Source: a virus
IMG/VR virus record: IMGVR_UViG_3300032116_000082
Coordinates: 1 to 64,000 of that record
Direction: 5' to 3' (one strand)
DNA: 64,000 nucleotides
Shown: in pieces, positions 47,501 to 55,924 of the stretch
How the letters are laid out: every line of letters begins with the position of its first letter
Numbering within the stretch: the stretch's first letter is position 1
Position numbers and translations under genes: made by a program
Notes under the pieces: model-generated
Told to the model about the DNA's origin: nothing
What the model saw: only the letters and a program-made list of their open reading frames with translations
Databases searched by the model: none

Positions 47501-49483
47501 CTCAAACGCAGTTTTTGCGTCGTTGAACTGTCGCTGAAAGCGCCGTACGCCTCCAAGCGCACCCATCGCCTGGCGAGAATCCCGCGGAATGTTCCCGGCA
47601 ATAACGGAGAGCAGGTTATTGCCCGTGATTTCGTCCGCCAGCTCCTTCGGGATAGCAGAGATCTGCCCAGAGCCCATCTTCTTGAGGGCCGCGGCATACT
47701 TGTTGAGCGTGTCGCGAACGTACTGTGCCAACGTGCGCGGCAGCAGCAGGGCTTCCTGCGTCAGATTGGGGTTCTCTGACGACAGGCTCTTCACGCGCTC
47801 CTGCGAGAAGTTGAGTTCTGCCAACTGGCGATTGATCTGCGTTTCCCGATCCCGCACCTGCTGTTGCGACAGATTCGGGTTGTTGATCGTGCGCTCGCGA
47901 TCCATTTCGAGCTTCGCCCGCAACTGCGTGGCCGCCTGCATGACCCAGTTATTCGTATTGCGGAACGTCAGCTGGCCACGCTCGAGCTCCGCCTGTTCCA
48001 GCTTCTTCTGGTTTTCCCACGCCTGATTTTGGATCTCCTGGCGCTTGGTCGGGTCCGTCTCACTACGAAGGCTCTTGCCGTAAATGGCCCGCTGCTGCCG
48101 CAGCTGATCGATCTGCTCGTCAAGCGCCTTGCCCTGCGGACTAAAGGCGACACGTGCAGACATCCGCTCAAACACTTGCGGAATGGCCATGACGCCAGCA
48201 TCCGCCGCCCGCTGGAACATGCTGCCTTCACGCGTACTCAGCCCAGAGAGGAACTGGGCTGCCCGCCGCTGGGCGAGGGCCTCGTGGCTCTGCGGCGCCT
48301 GCTCAAACACCGCCTCCGCCTGGGCCCGCTGACGCGAGCTCATGAAGTTCGGACCCCCTGCTGGACTCGTACGGAGCATCTCCGCATCCATCTGCTGGAT
48401 GTGCTGCTCCATAACCATGGCTTCACCGCGCAGGTCGTCGAGCTTCTTGCGACGCTCCGCGATCGCCTGAACCAGCCCCTCCTGGCCTCGGAACTGCTGT
48501 CCAGCTTTTGCCTTCGCCTCCAGGTTGGCTAGCTTCGTCTCATACGTGCGAAGCTGATCCTCCGCCGTCCGCATATCGGCGCGTACTCGGTCCAAGCTCT
48601 CCGTCTGAGACTGGCGCGAACGGCGCAGCTGCTCAGGGTCAGTGCCGTACGCGGTCTTACGAAACACATCGGCACCCCACTTCGCCTCACCGGGAGACAC
48701 TTCGCCATAGTACTGCTGACCGCCGCCGCCCATCGCGAGACCATTGCGGACCGCTTCGGAAATAGCCGTGGCCATTCCTGCCGTCGCGTCGGCGATACCT
48801 GAACGCAGTGCGTCGGCAAGCCGTGCGGCACCGGTTTCGAACGCCTTGTTGATGACGGAGGCGTCGATGGCCAGGCCGGGCGTGCGGCCGGACGCCGTAG
48901 TTTCCCGGACGACCTGCGACTGCTCGACCAGGCGCCGACGACGGTCCGCCAACCGCTGACGAAGGTCACCCTTCGTCAGGTCAAACGGATCGTCCCCTTC
49001 GAACCCGCTGCCTAGGGCCGACCGCAACGCGCGAACGTGCTTGTCCGTGATGACCTTGGCACCCTTATCCAACTCATCAAGCAGCTTATTGACCGTATCG
49101 ATGTTGCGAATCTGCCGGTCGAATCGGGTAGGCACCGGACGGCTGCCGCCACCGCCCATGCCGGAGACCATCTGCGCCAGCTTACTGATCGACTGCTCGA
49201 GCGCCGTGGTGTCGACCTGCACGCTTCCGCCACCACCGCCCCCGCCACCGTCGCCGCCAACTGCATAATTGACACGCCCGCCCCCGCGGGAGAAGCCCTT
49301 GCTGACCGCCTGGCCAATCTCCTTGGACAGGCTCTCGAGGGACGTGGCGTTGACGCGCACGTCAAACTCTGCGCCTTTTCCAGACAGCTGCTGGATGGCA
49401 ACAATGGTATCGTGCAGCTTCTGGAGCTCACCGAGCTTGTCCAGCTGCACAGAAATGAGATAATTCAACCCACTTGTTGCCAT
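41504..49483 (-). CDS. Tape measure protein (2659 aa)
   Basis: TP901-type core (FETDLKNIQGV...AVSAQDLSNAIQRAGS...GEQAATSLRFIISRL), glycine-zipper TM region, NITVNA C-terminus. Confidence 0.9.
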   Translation of the reverse strand: MATSGLNYLISVQLDKLGELQKLHDTIVAIQQLSGKGAEFDVRVNATSLESLSKEIGQAVSKGFSRGGGRVNYAVGGDGGGGGGGGSVQVDTTALEQSISKLAQMVSGMGGGGSRPVPTRFDRQIRNIDTVNKLLDELDKGAKVITDKHVRALRSALGSGFEGDDPFDLTKGDLRQRLADRRRRLVEQSQVVRETTASGRTPGLAIDASVINKAFETGAARLADALRSGIADATAGMATAISEAVRNGLAMGGGGQQYYGEVSPGEAKWGADVFRKTAYGTDPEQLRRSRQSQTESLDRVRADMRTAEDQLRTYETKLANLEAKAKAGQQFRGQEGLVQAIAERRKKLDDLRGEAMVMEQHIQQMDAEMLRTSPAGGPNFMSSRQRAQAEAVFEQAPQSHEALAQRRAAQFLSGLSTREGSMFQRAADAGVMAIPQVFERMSARVAFSPQGKALDEQIDQLRQQRAIYGKSLRSETDPTKRQEIQNQAWENQKKLEQAELERGQLTFRNTNNWVMQAATQLRAKLEMDRERTINNPNLSQQQVRDRETQINRQLAELNFSQERVKSLSSENPNLTQEALLLPRTLAQYVRDTLNKYAAALKKMGSGQISAIPKELADEITGNNLLSVIAGNIPRDSRQAMGALGGVRRFQRQFNDAKTAFELTRPRGTFPLPTFNPNLDIDTAPFMDGYRDVPDREVRERWLRGFISRGGEFAPQTEQRRAFAEKMFRRYETMAREDPKNFTDYRREQMLEWQRELEFGGRYYYRTSPMAVGGDIMDGALLDPKERAYVRKGGVRSRLLDNPLQGVNELGQTMSAETTAAKQFLDAMNGVEGALARINKTMSELATVQFDPVIKEFQRLAEVLKPYAAALEKVNALATTRGLAGASLADKNADRLSREEIKTKGELDRLINRQAYGGGRGVRYDDTMPTLTGSPALSGTAPVLGTDPAVLRELILRGRNQIGNSQMRAQDLLATFDAQVGAQMSTRTTSRQIAQNSAQMDALMQTFAMNARAMSSSDPRFFSGRNNEVSAAATAVIDAARTRNAFGDQYRSILDAEKKLRTIDAESALLTGDDPRIQARRKSLEQSRAGLQEFIGKRYDDLNVPQAERSVDKLKAKYGQLNGELGKLYNALLKVTQASIDHAEAGGSMMDRVVNKFKNLAAYMTAGGILYTIANEIRQASAAAVQFETDLKNIQGVLSTRSGGQAAAIGSGVFSAATEYGVSVQESMRSAKLFAQTGADPNETISLTRASLAAQIGAGLDAQQATEMLIAVQNITDRQVTAFDILDRISRIESQYAVSAQDLSNAIQRAGSLAQQLQPQALGAVDALDLVIGASTAIIERTRVTGEQAATSLRFIISRLGAPEVAKALQEQFKINLAGDNPNELRPLQDILGDIANRYQELKASGDTVKAQQLLTTFAGARQSNVAAALLDDYNTKVLKVANESALAYGDTQERVKLRMDTVSASLAQFNTSLTKLASTLFNDTGVASLLKTGLRAGAAAGEGLSSPAGMLTAAGASFAVARIGSALAPRLMQFASGAGGGFLSGAAVRGAGLAAGVAGYAAPIAAIAAGVAVIVGILKWFQNRQDQFDVRTPDEFDLQTFRESDFFQEYSRRATQYGMDTNELSSQVRTAFLSAAGQVQDQVDRGKLPQNQQYDRTLEELVKNLSAALPGFANIGDPAALAAEALALVRSTATYGLAVPDTMTSGLRKDLADLFSEVDKSFGDLMKTLKNSSEQEMLVDYNGMPGSGRRVKVTNRFSFNDFFEQYSYAGQQFMFANNLRAPGTRGTFADMAGRLTFGQELQQLDEYARTQLLVNANQRSQLKAAEERLRQSNQTITPQAVIQSAAQAGNLNMQQQGELSGAYYRLGNQRQLAADLIGVINKAVGNDGDQRIKAIQRGLGTVGEAATPGGAFVEAFQQAVDLARAELMKTAEAINIQTAGMKEYKDRLLKLNDSLTRTSQAAAVTSKALDFSIRDRMFEPIMQFASRMAEIGTEERLSAQYGTGFDSVGARAQAARQMLIGMDQVPIRLLTDRAKLAASVLSGGTAVGADAEVLRQIQVEEGGVRSGALGAGIANDPAVIAALSGGRKRDIEKLNAMRQQYVAATQKGLTDVISFGLRSDSPEELQVAAKELQNVLDALGAFGDVKTKEQLNALAKLEGTLAERREKARKVLDDMILAEVERERKRNEIQVQADNARANAQGRFTLEQALLQGDFALQQLDPRNPMVTLNSQQALAQLAYNNQIAQATIARDAALAEANLMPDGTPKDQALAKARRDFANTQSTADRERMAAQYNTVATLDGQLTRRRQDEAMQLVQDMTNPMRNVLMSYRNFNVEGRNQMFEAMGQAAQARLVDVFMRRAFSETGVLGSVLRDGFNNGALTTETHIEAGFRNGVRDASIELRNALQGALSATNISPVGGGVAGAGAEGTAAAAAGAAAAAGGALLSGGTPVDRVGVTLGTSTMDAQGTRGGNSSISTSSRGGSWKSAGEAALVLAGSLAGGQIGNNNSPYKDANFAQEGASIGAMIGTMTPLGPVGGAIGGVLGGLVGGLLKKNVEDGEKQITALELIERNTRQQIQAVENQTRMLQLDSRFMNVPTGFVVPTFRPFGANSSSSGGNVSMNITVNAAPGQDEQKVAALVADAIRNELRGAGSAFDIRR

Positions 49484-49497
49484 GACGATATCCTCGG

Positions 49498-50613
49498 CTA
49501 CCGAACGGTCAGCAAATCATCCAGCGCTTTCGTCAACTCCCGGTCCAAATCCAACAGGTCTTCCGCATGAAACTGCCCGTTGTTATTGAACAAGAAGTTC
49601 ATCGGTTGCGTACCACGTAACAGCAGTCCGACATTCTCATTGTTACGAGGCCCATAGTGCCAGGTGGGTTCCTTGTTTGCACCAGGATTTCCCGCCGTTT
49701 TCCGCCGCGCACCCGTGCCAAATTCCAAGTGCCGCCAAAAGCTTTTATAACGGGAACTAGTCGGCATACCCGTCAACATATAAGTCGCAGATGGAGTCGT
49801 CAGATCATCGACGACATTCATGGGGCCAAGGCCCACTCCCGCCAGGTTTCCGACTCTCCAATCCTGCACAAAATTGGCGTCGGTGATAATGCTCAGAAGC
49901 GCGATCATCTGACGGCGAAACACATTACCGGTCTTGAGGCTGAACGTATGCGATCGATACGTCTTCCCCTCAGGGCTCTTCTTGAGCTGCTTTATCATGC
50001 GCTCGTTGAGCTTCGTCAGCCGATCCCGAAGCTCCGCCGCACGATCCAAATCACCAGACACCTGTGCGTCGTTTAGACGATCCATGGTGCGGGCAATGGT
50101 GCCTTGTAACCCCACATCCTCCATACGCTTCTTGATCTGCTGGCTTGCAGGGCGCTCGACCCCCTGTTCTTTCAGCACCTGCATCTCGAGCGCCTTAGTC
50201 ATATTCGCCAAATACCGCGCACGAACATTCTTTGCCACCGAGCGAAGGACTGCGACTTTCAGAATCCGCCGCACCACCTCATCGCCCTTTAACAAGTGCT
50301 GAAGGCCAGCAGCCGCACCATCAAAACCGGACGACGAAAAGGAGAACCGCACCTTAATCGTGAAGGAACCTGGAGGACTGGCAACCCGGAACGGTGTCTT
50401 TTGAGTGGCCTGAACCGCGATCTGTTGCTGCCGCTGTTCCGACGCCTGCGCGCCGCGACGCTTGGAGCGCTCAACCCGCTGACGACGATACTCCTGATAC
50501 CACTGCTCACGGTTGTACTGCGGGCGAGGAAACTCCGGCGGCATCGGCTGCGACCGGAGCATCCCCTTGTCCATATTCCACTCGTCTAAGTCATCCGGCG
50601 GTGCCATACTCAC
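49498..50613 (-). CDS. Putative tail-completion protein (HK97 gp10-like motif)
   Basis: WRHLEFGT...QPMNFL motif; lies between chaperone and TMP. Confidence 0.5.
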   Translation of the reverse strand: MSMAPPDDLDEWNMDKGMLRSQPMPPEFPRPQYNREQWYQEYRRQRVERSKRRGAQASEQRQQQIAVQATQKTPFRVASPPGSFTIKVRFSFSSSGFDGAAAGLQHLLKGDEVVRRILKVAVLRSVAKNVRARYLANMTKALEMQVLKEQGVERPASQQIKKRMEDVGLQGTIARTMDRLNDAQVSGDLDRAAELRDRLTKLNERMIKQLKKSPEGKTYRSHTFSLKTGNVFRRQMIALLSIITDANFVQDWRVGNLAGVGLGPMNVVDDLTTPSATYMLTGMPTSSRYKSFWRHLEFGTGARRKTAGNPGANKEPTWHYGPRNNENVGLLLRGTQPMNFLFNNNGQFHAEDLLDLDRELTKALDDLLTVR

Positions 50614-50954
50614 CCCTTAAACTCTGGGACCCCTGCGAAATCCGCTTGCACGTTCTTCTTACCGGACTTGATCGCCATTTCCCGCGTGTAGTTGGTGTAC
50701 CACCGGTCAAGCTCCTCGTCGTCCTCGATGATATGCTCGTCCGGTTTATCAGACGGCAGCATGTTGTTGAGGGAGTCGTAAAACCGGGCGTACCCCAGCA
50801 GGGTTAACTGACCATCGTCTATGTCGTAGCCAGAACCGAGGCCGAAGAGCCGGAGTCCGTCTCCGCCGCAGGACTTGAATCGAGCCTGGAAGTCGGCGGA
50901 GCGGGCGATTCGTCGGATGGCTCGGACTCCCCACTGGACGAAGTCGTCTCCCCC
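50610..50954 (-). CDS. Tail assembly chaperone -1 frameshift extension (gpGT-like)
   Basis: -1 frame open from ~50999 to TGA 50610 with no early start codon; encodes IRRIARS...LFG...FYDSL...IIEDDEELDRW; GTGA overlap with the next gene; slippery G-GGG-GAG at 50954-48. Confidence 0.75.
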   Translation of the reverse strand, partial: GGDDFVQWGVRAIRRIARSADFQARFKSCGGDGLRLFGLGSGYDIDDGQLTLLGYARFYDSLNNMLPSDKPDEHIIEDDEELDRWYTNYTREMAIKSGKKNVQADFAGVPEFKG

Positions 50955-51910
50955 ACGTCCGCCGCGAGAAAACCGAAGGTCTGGAGATACTCCCGCGCCT
51001 CATCAGGAATACCGTTCAGGAAGAAGTAGGCTTCCACCAGGAGCCACTGGATCACCGACTCAGGGAACTCCCAGAGATCCTCGAACGCAGGCGCCAGCAA
51101 GCCAACCGGCTTCCCGTTGGCGTCCACCACGTCCGTCGTGAAGTACAGGCGGGCCATCTCCTCGGCATTGTCGCGCCGCTGCTCGACCGAATCGGAGAAG
51201 ATCTTGGAATGCTTGAGCTGCAATTCGGCCAAGCGCAGGCGCTCCTTCTGGAGCTTGACATACCGCTGCAGGCGCTCCCGTAGATCGTCGATCGTGTTCA
51301 GGTAATCGATCGTCTCAAGATCCGGCACCGCATTGACGAGCTCCTGATAATCCAGATCGAGGCTGTACACTTCCCGACCCTGCTTCGACGCGTGCTTGGC
51401 GTCGTACTCTTCAGAACGGTCCTTCGACCATTCCAGCCAGCGATCAAAACGCTCAATGACCTCCGCGGCTTTGTCCGCGTCCGTAATGTGCGTACTGATT
51501 GACTCCCGATAGGCAGACGCCGCATCCAGCAGCTGGACGGTCCAGCTCGACTGATCAACCCCATTCACGAAAAGGGCGCCCATTTCCCGGCTGGTCGAGG
51601 CCTGGAGGTCGGTCATCTCCTTGTCCATGGCGGAAGACCATTCCCCACGTTCCTGGACAAGCTTCAGGATCTGCTCATGGCTCAGAATCTCAGAATCCTG
51701 GAGGTCCTTGTGATACTGCCGCTGAACCACCTGGGAGATCTTTCGACGCTTCGCAGGGTTCAAACGCGTAAAGCGGACCCGCGTGACCGCGACTCCGCAT
51801 TCCGATTCGAGCGTCTCCGCCAGGGCCTGCGGCATGTCCTTAATCCGGTAACCCCGCGCCAGCTCGTCTTCCAGCACTGTATCCAAACGCTTTTGCGTCT
51901 GCTGCTCCAT
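50819..51910 (-). CDS. Tail assembly chaperone (gpG-like)
   Basis: Follows the tail tube gene; helical and acidic; Ser/Pro-rich tail after the slippery site. Confidence 0.75.
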   Translation of the reverse strand: MEQQTQKRLDTVLEDELARGYRIKDMPQALAETLESECGVAVTRVRFTRLNPAKRRKISQVVQRQYHKDLQDSEILSHEQILKLVQERGEWSSAMDKEMTDLQASTSREMGALFVNGVDQSSWTVQLLDAASAYRESISTHITDADKAAEVIERFDRWLEWSKDRSEEYDAKHASKQGREVYSLDLDYQELVNAVPDLETIDYLNTIDDLRERLQRYVKLQKERLRLAELQLKHSKIFSDSVEQRRDNAEEMARLYFTTDVVDANGKPVGLLAPAFEDLWEFPESVIQWLLVEAYFFLNGIPDEAREYLQTFGFLAADVGETTSSSGESEPSDESPAPPTSRLDSSPAAETDSGSSASVLATT

Positions 51911-51968
51911 AAAGCCCCCGAATAGTCGGTTCGTGTACCCCGCGCCTCTACGTGCGCTATCCATCGAG

Positions 51969-51977
51969 AATAAGTCG
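51969..51977 (-). promoter_or_regulatory. CGACTTATT motif copy
   Basis: ~15 nt downstream of the tail-tube terminator, inside an AGAAT/ATTCT repeat; a second variant CGACTATT lies at 51921-28. Confidence 0.6.
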
Positions 51978-51991
51978 ATTCTTTGGCAACC

Positions 51992-52029
51992 AAAACGAAA
52001 CCGCCGCCCTCAGGGGGCGGCGGCTCGTT
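51992..52029 (-). terminator. Intrinsic terminator after the major tail gene
   Basis: - strand AACGAGCCGCCGCCC...GGGCGGCGGTTTCGTTTT. Confidence 0.85.
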
Positions 52030-52051
52030 CCGGCGGGTGTGGTGACAAAAC

Positions 52052-53362
52052 TTAGATATTGAATCCCTGGACTTGGAACTCAGAACCACGGAAGCTCCAG
52101 GTGATCTCGCCACGGCCGCCGACGTTAACGCGGCTGCCCATGGAATCCACGCGGAGGTCACCGAAGGTCACCGTCTGCACCTTGGTGCCCTGCTTGGTGA
52201 AGTAGTCGATGATGACCGCGAACTCCTTCTTCATGTTCTCCGGCGCGAAGTCGTACACGTTGTCGTACACGTTCGACCCGGTGAAGGACTTGGTCAGCAT
52301 CGCCTTCCAGTCCGCCCAGTCCGTCTCCATGACGGTGGCGTTCACGGACATGGTGAGCGGGTAGGTCGGGACGCGCTGATAGATCGTCGTGCCCTGGTCG
52401 TTGTAAGCCACCTGCCGCAGCGCCTCCATCCGGAGGTCGACCGAGTAGTCAAGCGACTGCACGCGCAGCCACTGCTCGGACGAAACCGGGGAAGCCTCAT
52501 TCACAGGCGCAATGTACACATTCGCCTGGTAGCCGCGGACACCGAACACTGCCGTAGCACCGCTGCCCACGGTGTCCGGGGTATGCACCGCACTCCACTG
52601 GTTGTCACCGGAGACCGGGGTCGTCTTGTAGAAGACCGCCGTCGCCACGACACCAGACGGCACCGTGTAGCCAGCCGACATGGTGATCGTGCCGCCCGAG
52701 AACGCCGCGTACACCGGGTTCGCCACCTCAGTGGTGTAGGGAATCCCGTCGATGGTTACATACGCCAGCGTCCAGCCCGTATTGTAGGCCGCCCCGTCAA
52801 TCAGAGTCAGCGTGCTCGAGCTGGCCTTGGTCGCCGGAACCGAGCGCACGACATGGTAGGGCGACGGGAACCCAACAACGAACTGACCGGCCCAATTGAC
52901 CGTGTCCATCGCCATGCCCGTCGTGTCCACCCGGCCCGTGAGCGTGGTCGGGTAGCAGCAGCCAAGGTACACCGAGCGGTTGAAGGTCTTCTGCTCGGTC
53001 TTCTCATGCAGCACCGCATCGAACTTCAGGGCGGCCAGGTCGTCCTGGTTGAACGTGTAGCCGTTCACGCCCGTGCCGGACGCAGTCGGGGCATACTCGA
53101 AGCCCTCGAAGGCCCCGGTGCCGCTGTTGTACTTCGCCTTCATGCGGGCGATCAGGCCCGCCAGGTTTCCAGACGAGGCAAGCTCGAACGACCCGGAGGT
53201 CTCGAGCTCCATCAGGGTGTCGAGACGGGTCGTGCGACCAAGCTCGAACACATCCTGGGCATTGAAGTTCGGCTGCCAGGAGAAGTTCTGGACGAGCCCC
53301 AGCGTGTTGAAATTGTTCAGGCGCAGCGCCTTGTCGGTCCCAAGGACTTGAGTAACTGCCAT
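52052..53362 (-). CDS. Major tail tube protein with two tube domains
   Basis: AGGAGG SD, strong GC3 bias, terminator after; internal duplication VQNFSW / VQSLDY. Confidence 0.8.
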   Translation of the reverse strand: MAVTQVLGTDKALRLNNFNTLGLVQNFSWQPNFNAQDVFELGRTTRLDTLMELETSGSFELASSGNLAGLIARMKAKYNSGTGAFEGFEYAPTASGTGVNGYTFNQDDLAALKFDAVLHEKTEQKTFNRSVYLGCCYPTTLTGRVDTTGMAMDTVNWAGQFVVGFPSPYHVVRSVPATKASSSTLTLIDGAAYNTGWTLAYVTIDGIPYTTEVANPVYAAFSGGTITMSAGYTVPSGVVATAVFYKTTPVSGDNQWSAVHTPDTVGSGATAVFGVRGYQANVYIAPVNEASPVSSEQWLRVQSLDYSVDLRMEALRQVAYNDQGTTIYQRVPTYPLTMSVNATVMETDWADWKAMLTKSFTGSNVYDNVYDFAPENMKKEFAVIIDYFTKQGTKVQTVTFGDLRVDSMGSRVNVGGRGEITWSFRGSEFQVQGFNI

Positions 53363-53417
53363 TGTGCTATCCTCCTGTGGTTGTCGATCGCGTCACGAGA
53401 CGGGCGATCACTCTGCC

Positions 53418-54050
53418 TTACGCCTCGTAACGGAGGCGCGCGTTCAACGTGAATTCAAAAGCTCTGCTTTCCGGCCCCAGCGGGTAAATCAAGGTGCCAA
53501 CTGATGTCCGCTGTAACTCCATCAATCCTACTGATGCCTTCGTACCGGCATCATGATCCGCCACCGTGAGAAACTGACTCTCGTCAAACGCCACGCGGAG
53601 CGCATCTACGAGGTACAGCTGTTCACCTTGGTCCCGCGCCAGGCCGTACATATCCAGAGACGCAAACCGCTCACGCTCCCTCGATCCGAGGCCCAACAGA
53701 CCGCCGTTCCCCTCATGCTGGACCTGCAAGACAATACTAGGCACCGGCATGTCCTCTGGGGAAAGGACAGCACCATCGCTAGTAGGTCGAGTGGGAAACT
53801 GCGGAAACGAAAAGTCATCGTTCCGTATCGTCAGGATCCCGCGACTATCGTTATACCGGGAAGCCACTGCCGAATCCGACAGAAGAATGGCCGCCTGATT
53901 CGCCTGGTATTGAGGATAGACCCCGTCCGGCGTCTGGAGGGCATCCAGGGTCGGCCAGTACAGCAAATAGTCGTGGCTCAACAGCGTACTCGCCAACACC
54001 TCGGCGACGCTGTTGGTCAGATTAGTCAGGCTGTACGCTGCGAGCGCCAT
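53418..54050 (-). CDS. Putative tail terminator/completion protein
   Basis: Position before the tube gene; PSIVL...LGLG...LDMYG pattern. Confidence 0.6.
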   Translation of the reverse strand: MALAAYSLTNLTNSVAEVLASTLLSHDYLLYWPTLDALQTPDGVYPQYQANQAAILLSDSAVASRYNDSRGILTIRNDDFSFPQFPTRPTSDGAVLSPEDMPVPSIVLQVQHEGNGGLLGLGSRERERFASLDMYGLARDQGEQLYLVDALRVAFDESQFLTVADHDAGTKASVGLMELQRTSVGTLIYPLGPESRAFEFTLNARLRYEA

Positions 54051-54240
54051 ACCGGATACACTCCTTCGCCAAGTTCCAAACCCGACGAATCACCTGGTTG
54101 CGAAGCTCATTGAACTGGACCGGGTGGGAGACCTCGGCAGGATCCAATGCGGCCAACTCTTCCATCGTGCCCATGAGCAGCTTGATCGTGGCGTTTACCT
54201 CCGCCTCGATCCGTTTCTGCTCTTCCGTACGTTCCATCAT
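54022..54240 (-). CDS. Small hypothetical protein
   Basis: TAATG coupling; 72 aa. Confidence 0.5.
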   Translation of the reverse strand: MMERTEEQKRIEAEVNATIKLLMGTMEELAALDPAEVSHPVQFNELRNQVIRRVWNLAKECIRYGARSVQPD

Positions 54241-54722
54241 TACGACTTCACCGCCCCAGCCAGCGCCACGTAATACGTCCCGGAATTGATCATGCTGGCG
54301 GCTGGCCGAACGACGCTCATGACCTTGAATCGGGTTCCTGCGATTTCGACGTAATCGCACCCGTCCAGGATCGTTCCACCCTCAGGCTTGTCCACGTCGG
54401 CCGAGATCACACGAGCGTATCCCTTCACATCCCGGTTCCACCCGCCGATCTCGGCCCCTGCCCTGGTACTTCGAAGGTCACTCAGCGCCGACGTCTCAAG
54501 GTACAAACACGGCACCTCGACATCCGGCAGAATGCGCTCCGGCTCTTCCTCCGGGACGGGCTGGGGATTCGGCTTTGCCAGCAGCGGAGCGACCGGGAGC
54601 GGAACCGGCGTCGTCCCACTCGGCTTGGTACGAGCCTTGGGAAATACGATCCGCATGGTATAGTCGCTCGCCCGAATACGAGCGATGACCCGCTCAGACA
54701 CCCGACGCGCGTTGACGGCCAT
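54240..54722 (-). CDS. Putative head-closure protein
   Basis: Neck position; DYVEIAGTRFKV beta motif. Confidence 0.6.
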   Translation of the reverse strand: MAVNARRVSERVIARIRASDYTMRIVFPKARTKPSGTTPVPLPVAPLLAKPNPQPVPEEEPERILPDVEVPCLYLETSALSDLRSTRAGAEIGGWNRDVKGYARVISADVDKPEGGTILDGCDYVEIAGTRFKVMSVVRPAASMINSGTYYVALAGAVKS

Positions 54723-55162
54723 TAGTGCTTCCTGGCGTTAGCCGTTGTCCGCTGATACGTCACCAGAAGCTGGTTGTAGTCCGATTTCAGCTCTTCCAGC
54801 ATGGCCTTGTAGGCCCGCTCGGCAGAGATCGAGGATTCCTCTTCCAGACCAGATCGCCAGCTGACGCCCAACTCACCCCGATCCACCCGCTCCCGATAGG
54901 TGGACGACAAGACTTCATGCGCCACCGCGTAGATCAGAATGACCATCTGCGAGTCGGAGGCGTTTTGAATTCCATAGGTGGAGATATCCTGTCGGTTCAG
55001 ACCGATCGCCACCGTGTCAAAGCCCTGGACCAGGCGGACTGCCAGCTCCACCCTGGCGTCTTCCGCCGATGAGAGGAGCTGGAGATCGGTCCGTCGCTGG
55101 GCAGCCGTGTCGACATCAGACAGCTTCCGGCGCAACATCTTCAACCACTGATCAGTCGTCAC
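54722..55162 (-). CDS. Putative head-tail adaptor
   Basis: LRRKLSD...TDLQL helical N-terminus; GGAGGGG SD. Confidence 0.6.
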   Translation of the reverse strand: MTTDQWLKMLRRKLSDVDTAAQRRTDLQLLSSAEDARVELAVRLVQGFDTVAIGLNRQDISTYGIQNASDSQMVILIYAVAHEVLSSTYRERVDRGELGVSWRSGLEEESSISAERAYKAMLEELKSDYNQLLVTYQRTTANARKH

Positions 55163-55178
55163 GGCCCCTCCGAGTTAC

Positions 55179-55913
55179 TTAGGCTCGCGCCAGCCGGTTG
55201 CTGGAGCCTGTTTCCAGATGTCGCACCTTGGCCACCGGATTCAGCTCATCGAGCCGCTCCTCGGCCAGCTCTTCCACCACCCGGAACAGCGCAGGGAGAT
55301 CCCGAATGGACTTCCGCGCCCGCTCCGGATCGTCCTGATACTTCGACTCCCCGATCCGGACAATTTCCTGGTCCACCGCGTAGAGCAACCGGCGCAGCGA
55401 CGGCTCAGACGTCATTCCGGCAATCGCGTCGCGCAGCTCGTCCTCTGTGCGATCCACGATCCACATCCGAGGATCCAGAATGACGTTCTTCTTGGCGTCC
55501 GGGTGCATATCGTCCGGACGATCTTCCGGGGCGGCATTTTCTGCCGGACCCAGAATCGAGTCGTCCCGGACGATCAGCCCACGGCCCACCTGGTTGCCCG
55601 TACGAATCTGCTGCCAAAACGCATAACTGATGACCGCACGAGTCCGCGGGTCCGCCACGCCAGGAACCTCAGGGTTGAGGTTGTACTCCACCACTTGTCC
55701 AGACGTCTTGTCGAGCATCCCAACGCTGTAATTCGAAACATTCCGGATTCCGACGACGAGCTGTCCGCCTGTGAAGAACTGCTTCTGATTCGCACCCAGC
55801 TGGGCCGCCATCTGGGCCTGCTGCTGGGACATGCGCTCGATCGTCTCAAGCGCCTTAGCGTACCGCTCCTCCAAATCCGCAATCCTGGTCTGCTCAGCCT
55901 TACGTGGGGGCAT
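55179..55913 (-). CDS. Hypothetical protein after the major capsid gene
   Basis: GGGAG SD; 244 aa. Confidence 0.75.
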   Translation of the reverse strand: MPPRKAEQTRIADLEERYAKALETIERMSQQQAQMAAQLGANQKQFFTGGQLVVGIRNVSNYSVGMLDKTSGQVVEYNLNPEVPGVADPRTRAVISYAFWQQIRTGNQVGRGLIVRDDSILGPAENAAPEDRPDDMHPDAKKNVILDPRMWIVDRTEDELRDAIAGMTSEPSLRRLLYAVDQEIVRIGESKYQDDPERARKSIRDLPALFRVVEELAEERLDELNPVAKVRHLETGSSNRLARA

Positions 55914-55924
55914 GTCGTTCTCCC

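Noticed and set aside
50749-51003. Listed 84-aa ORF as the chaperone extension
   Set aside because: It is the +1 frame, Arg/Pro-rich and stops early; the -1 frame fills the gap and couples to the next gene.
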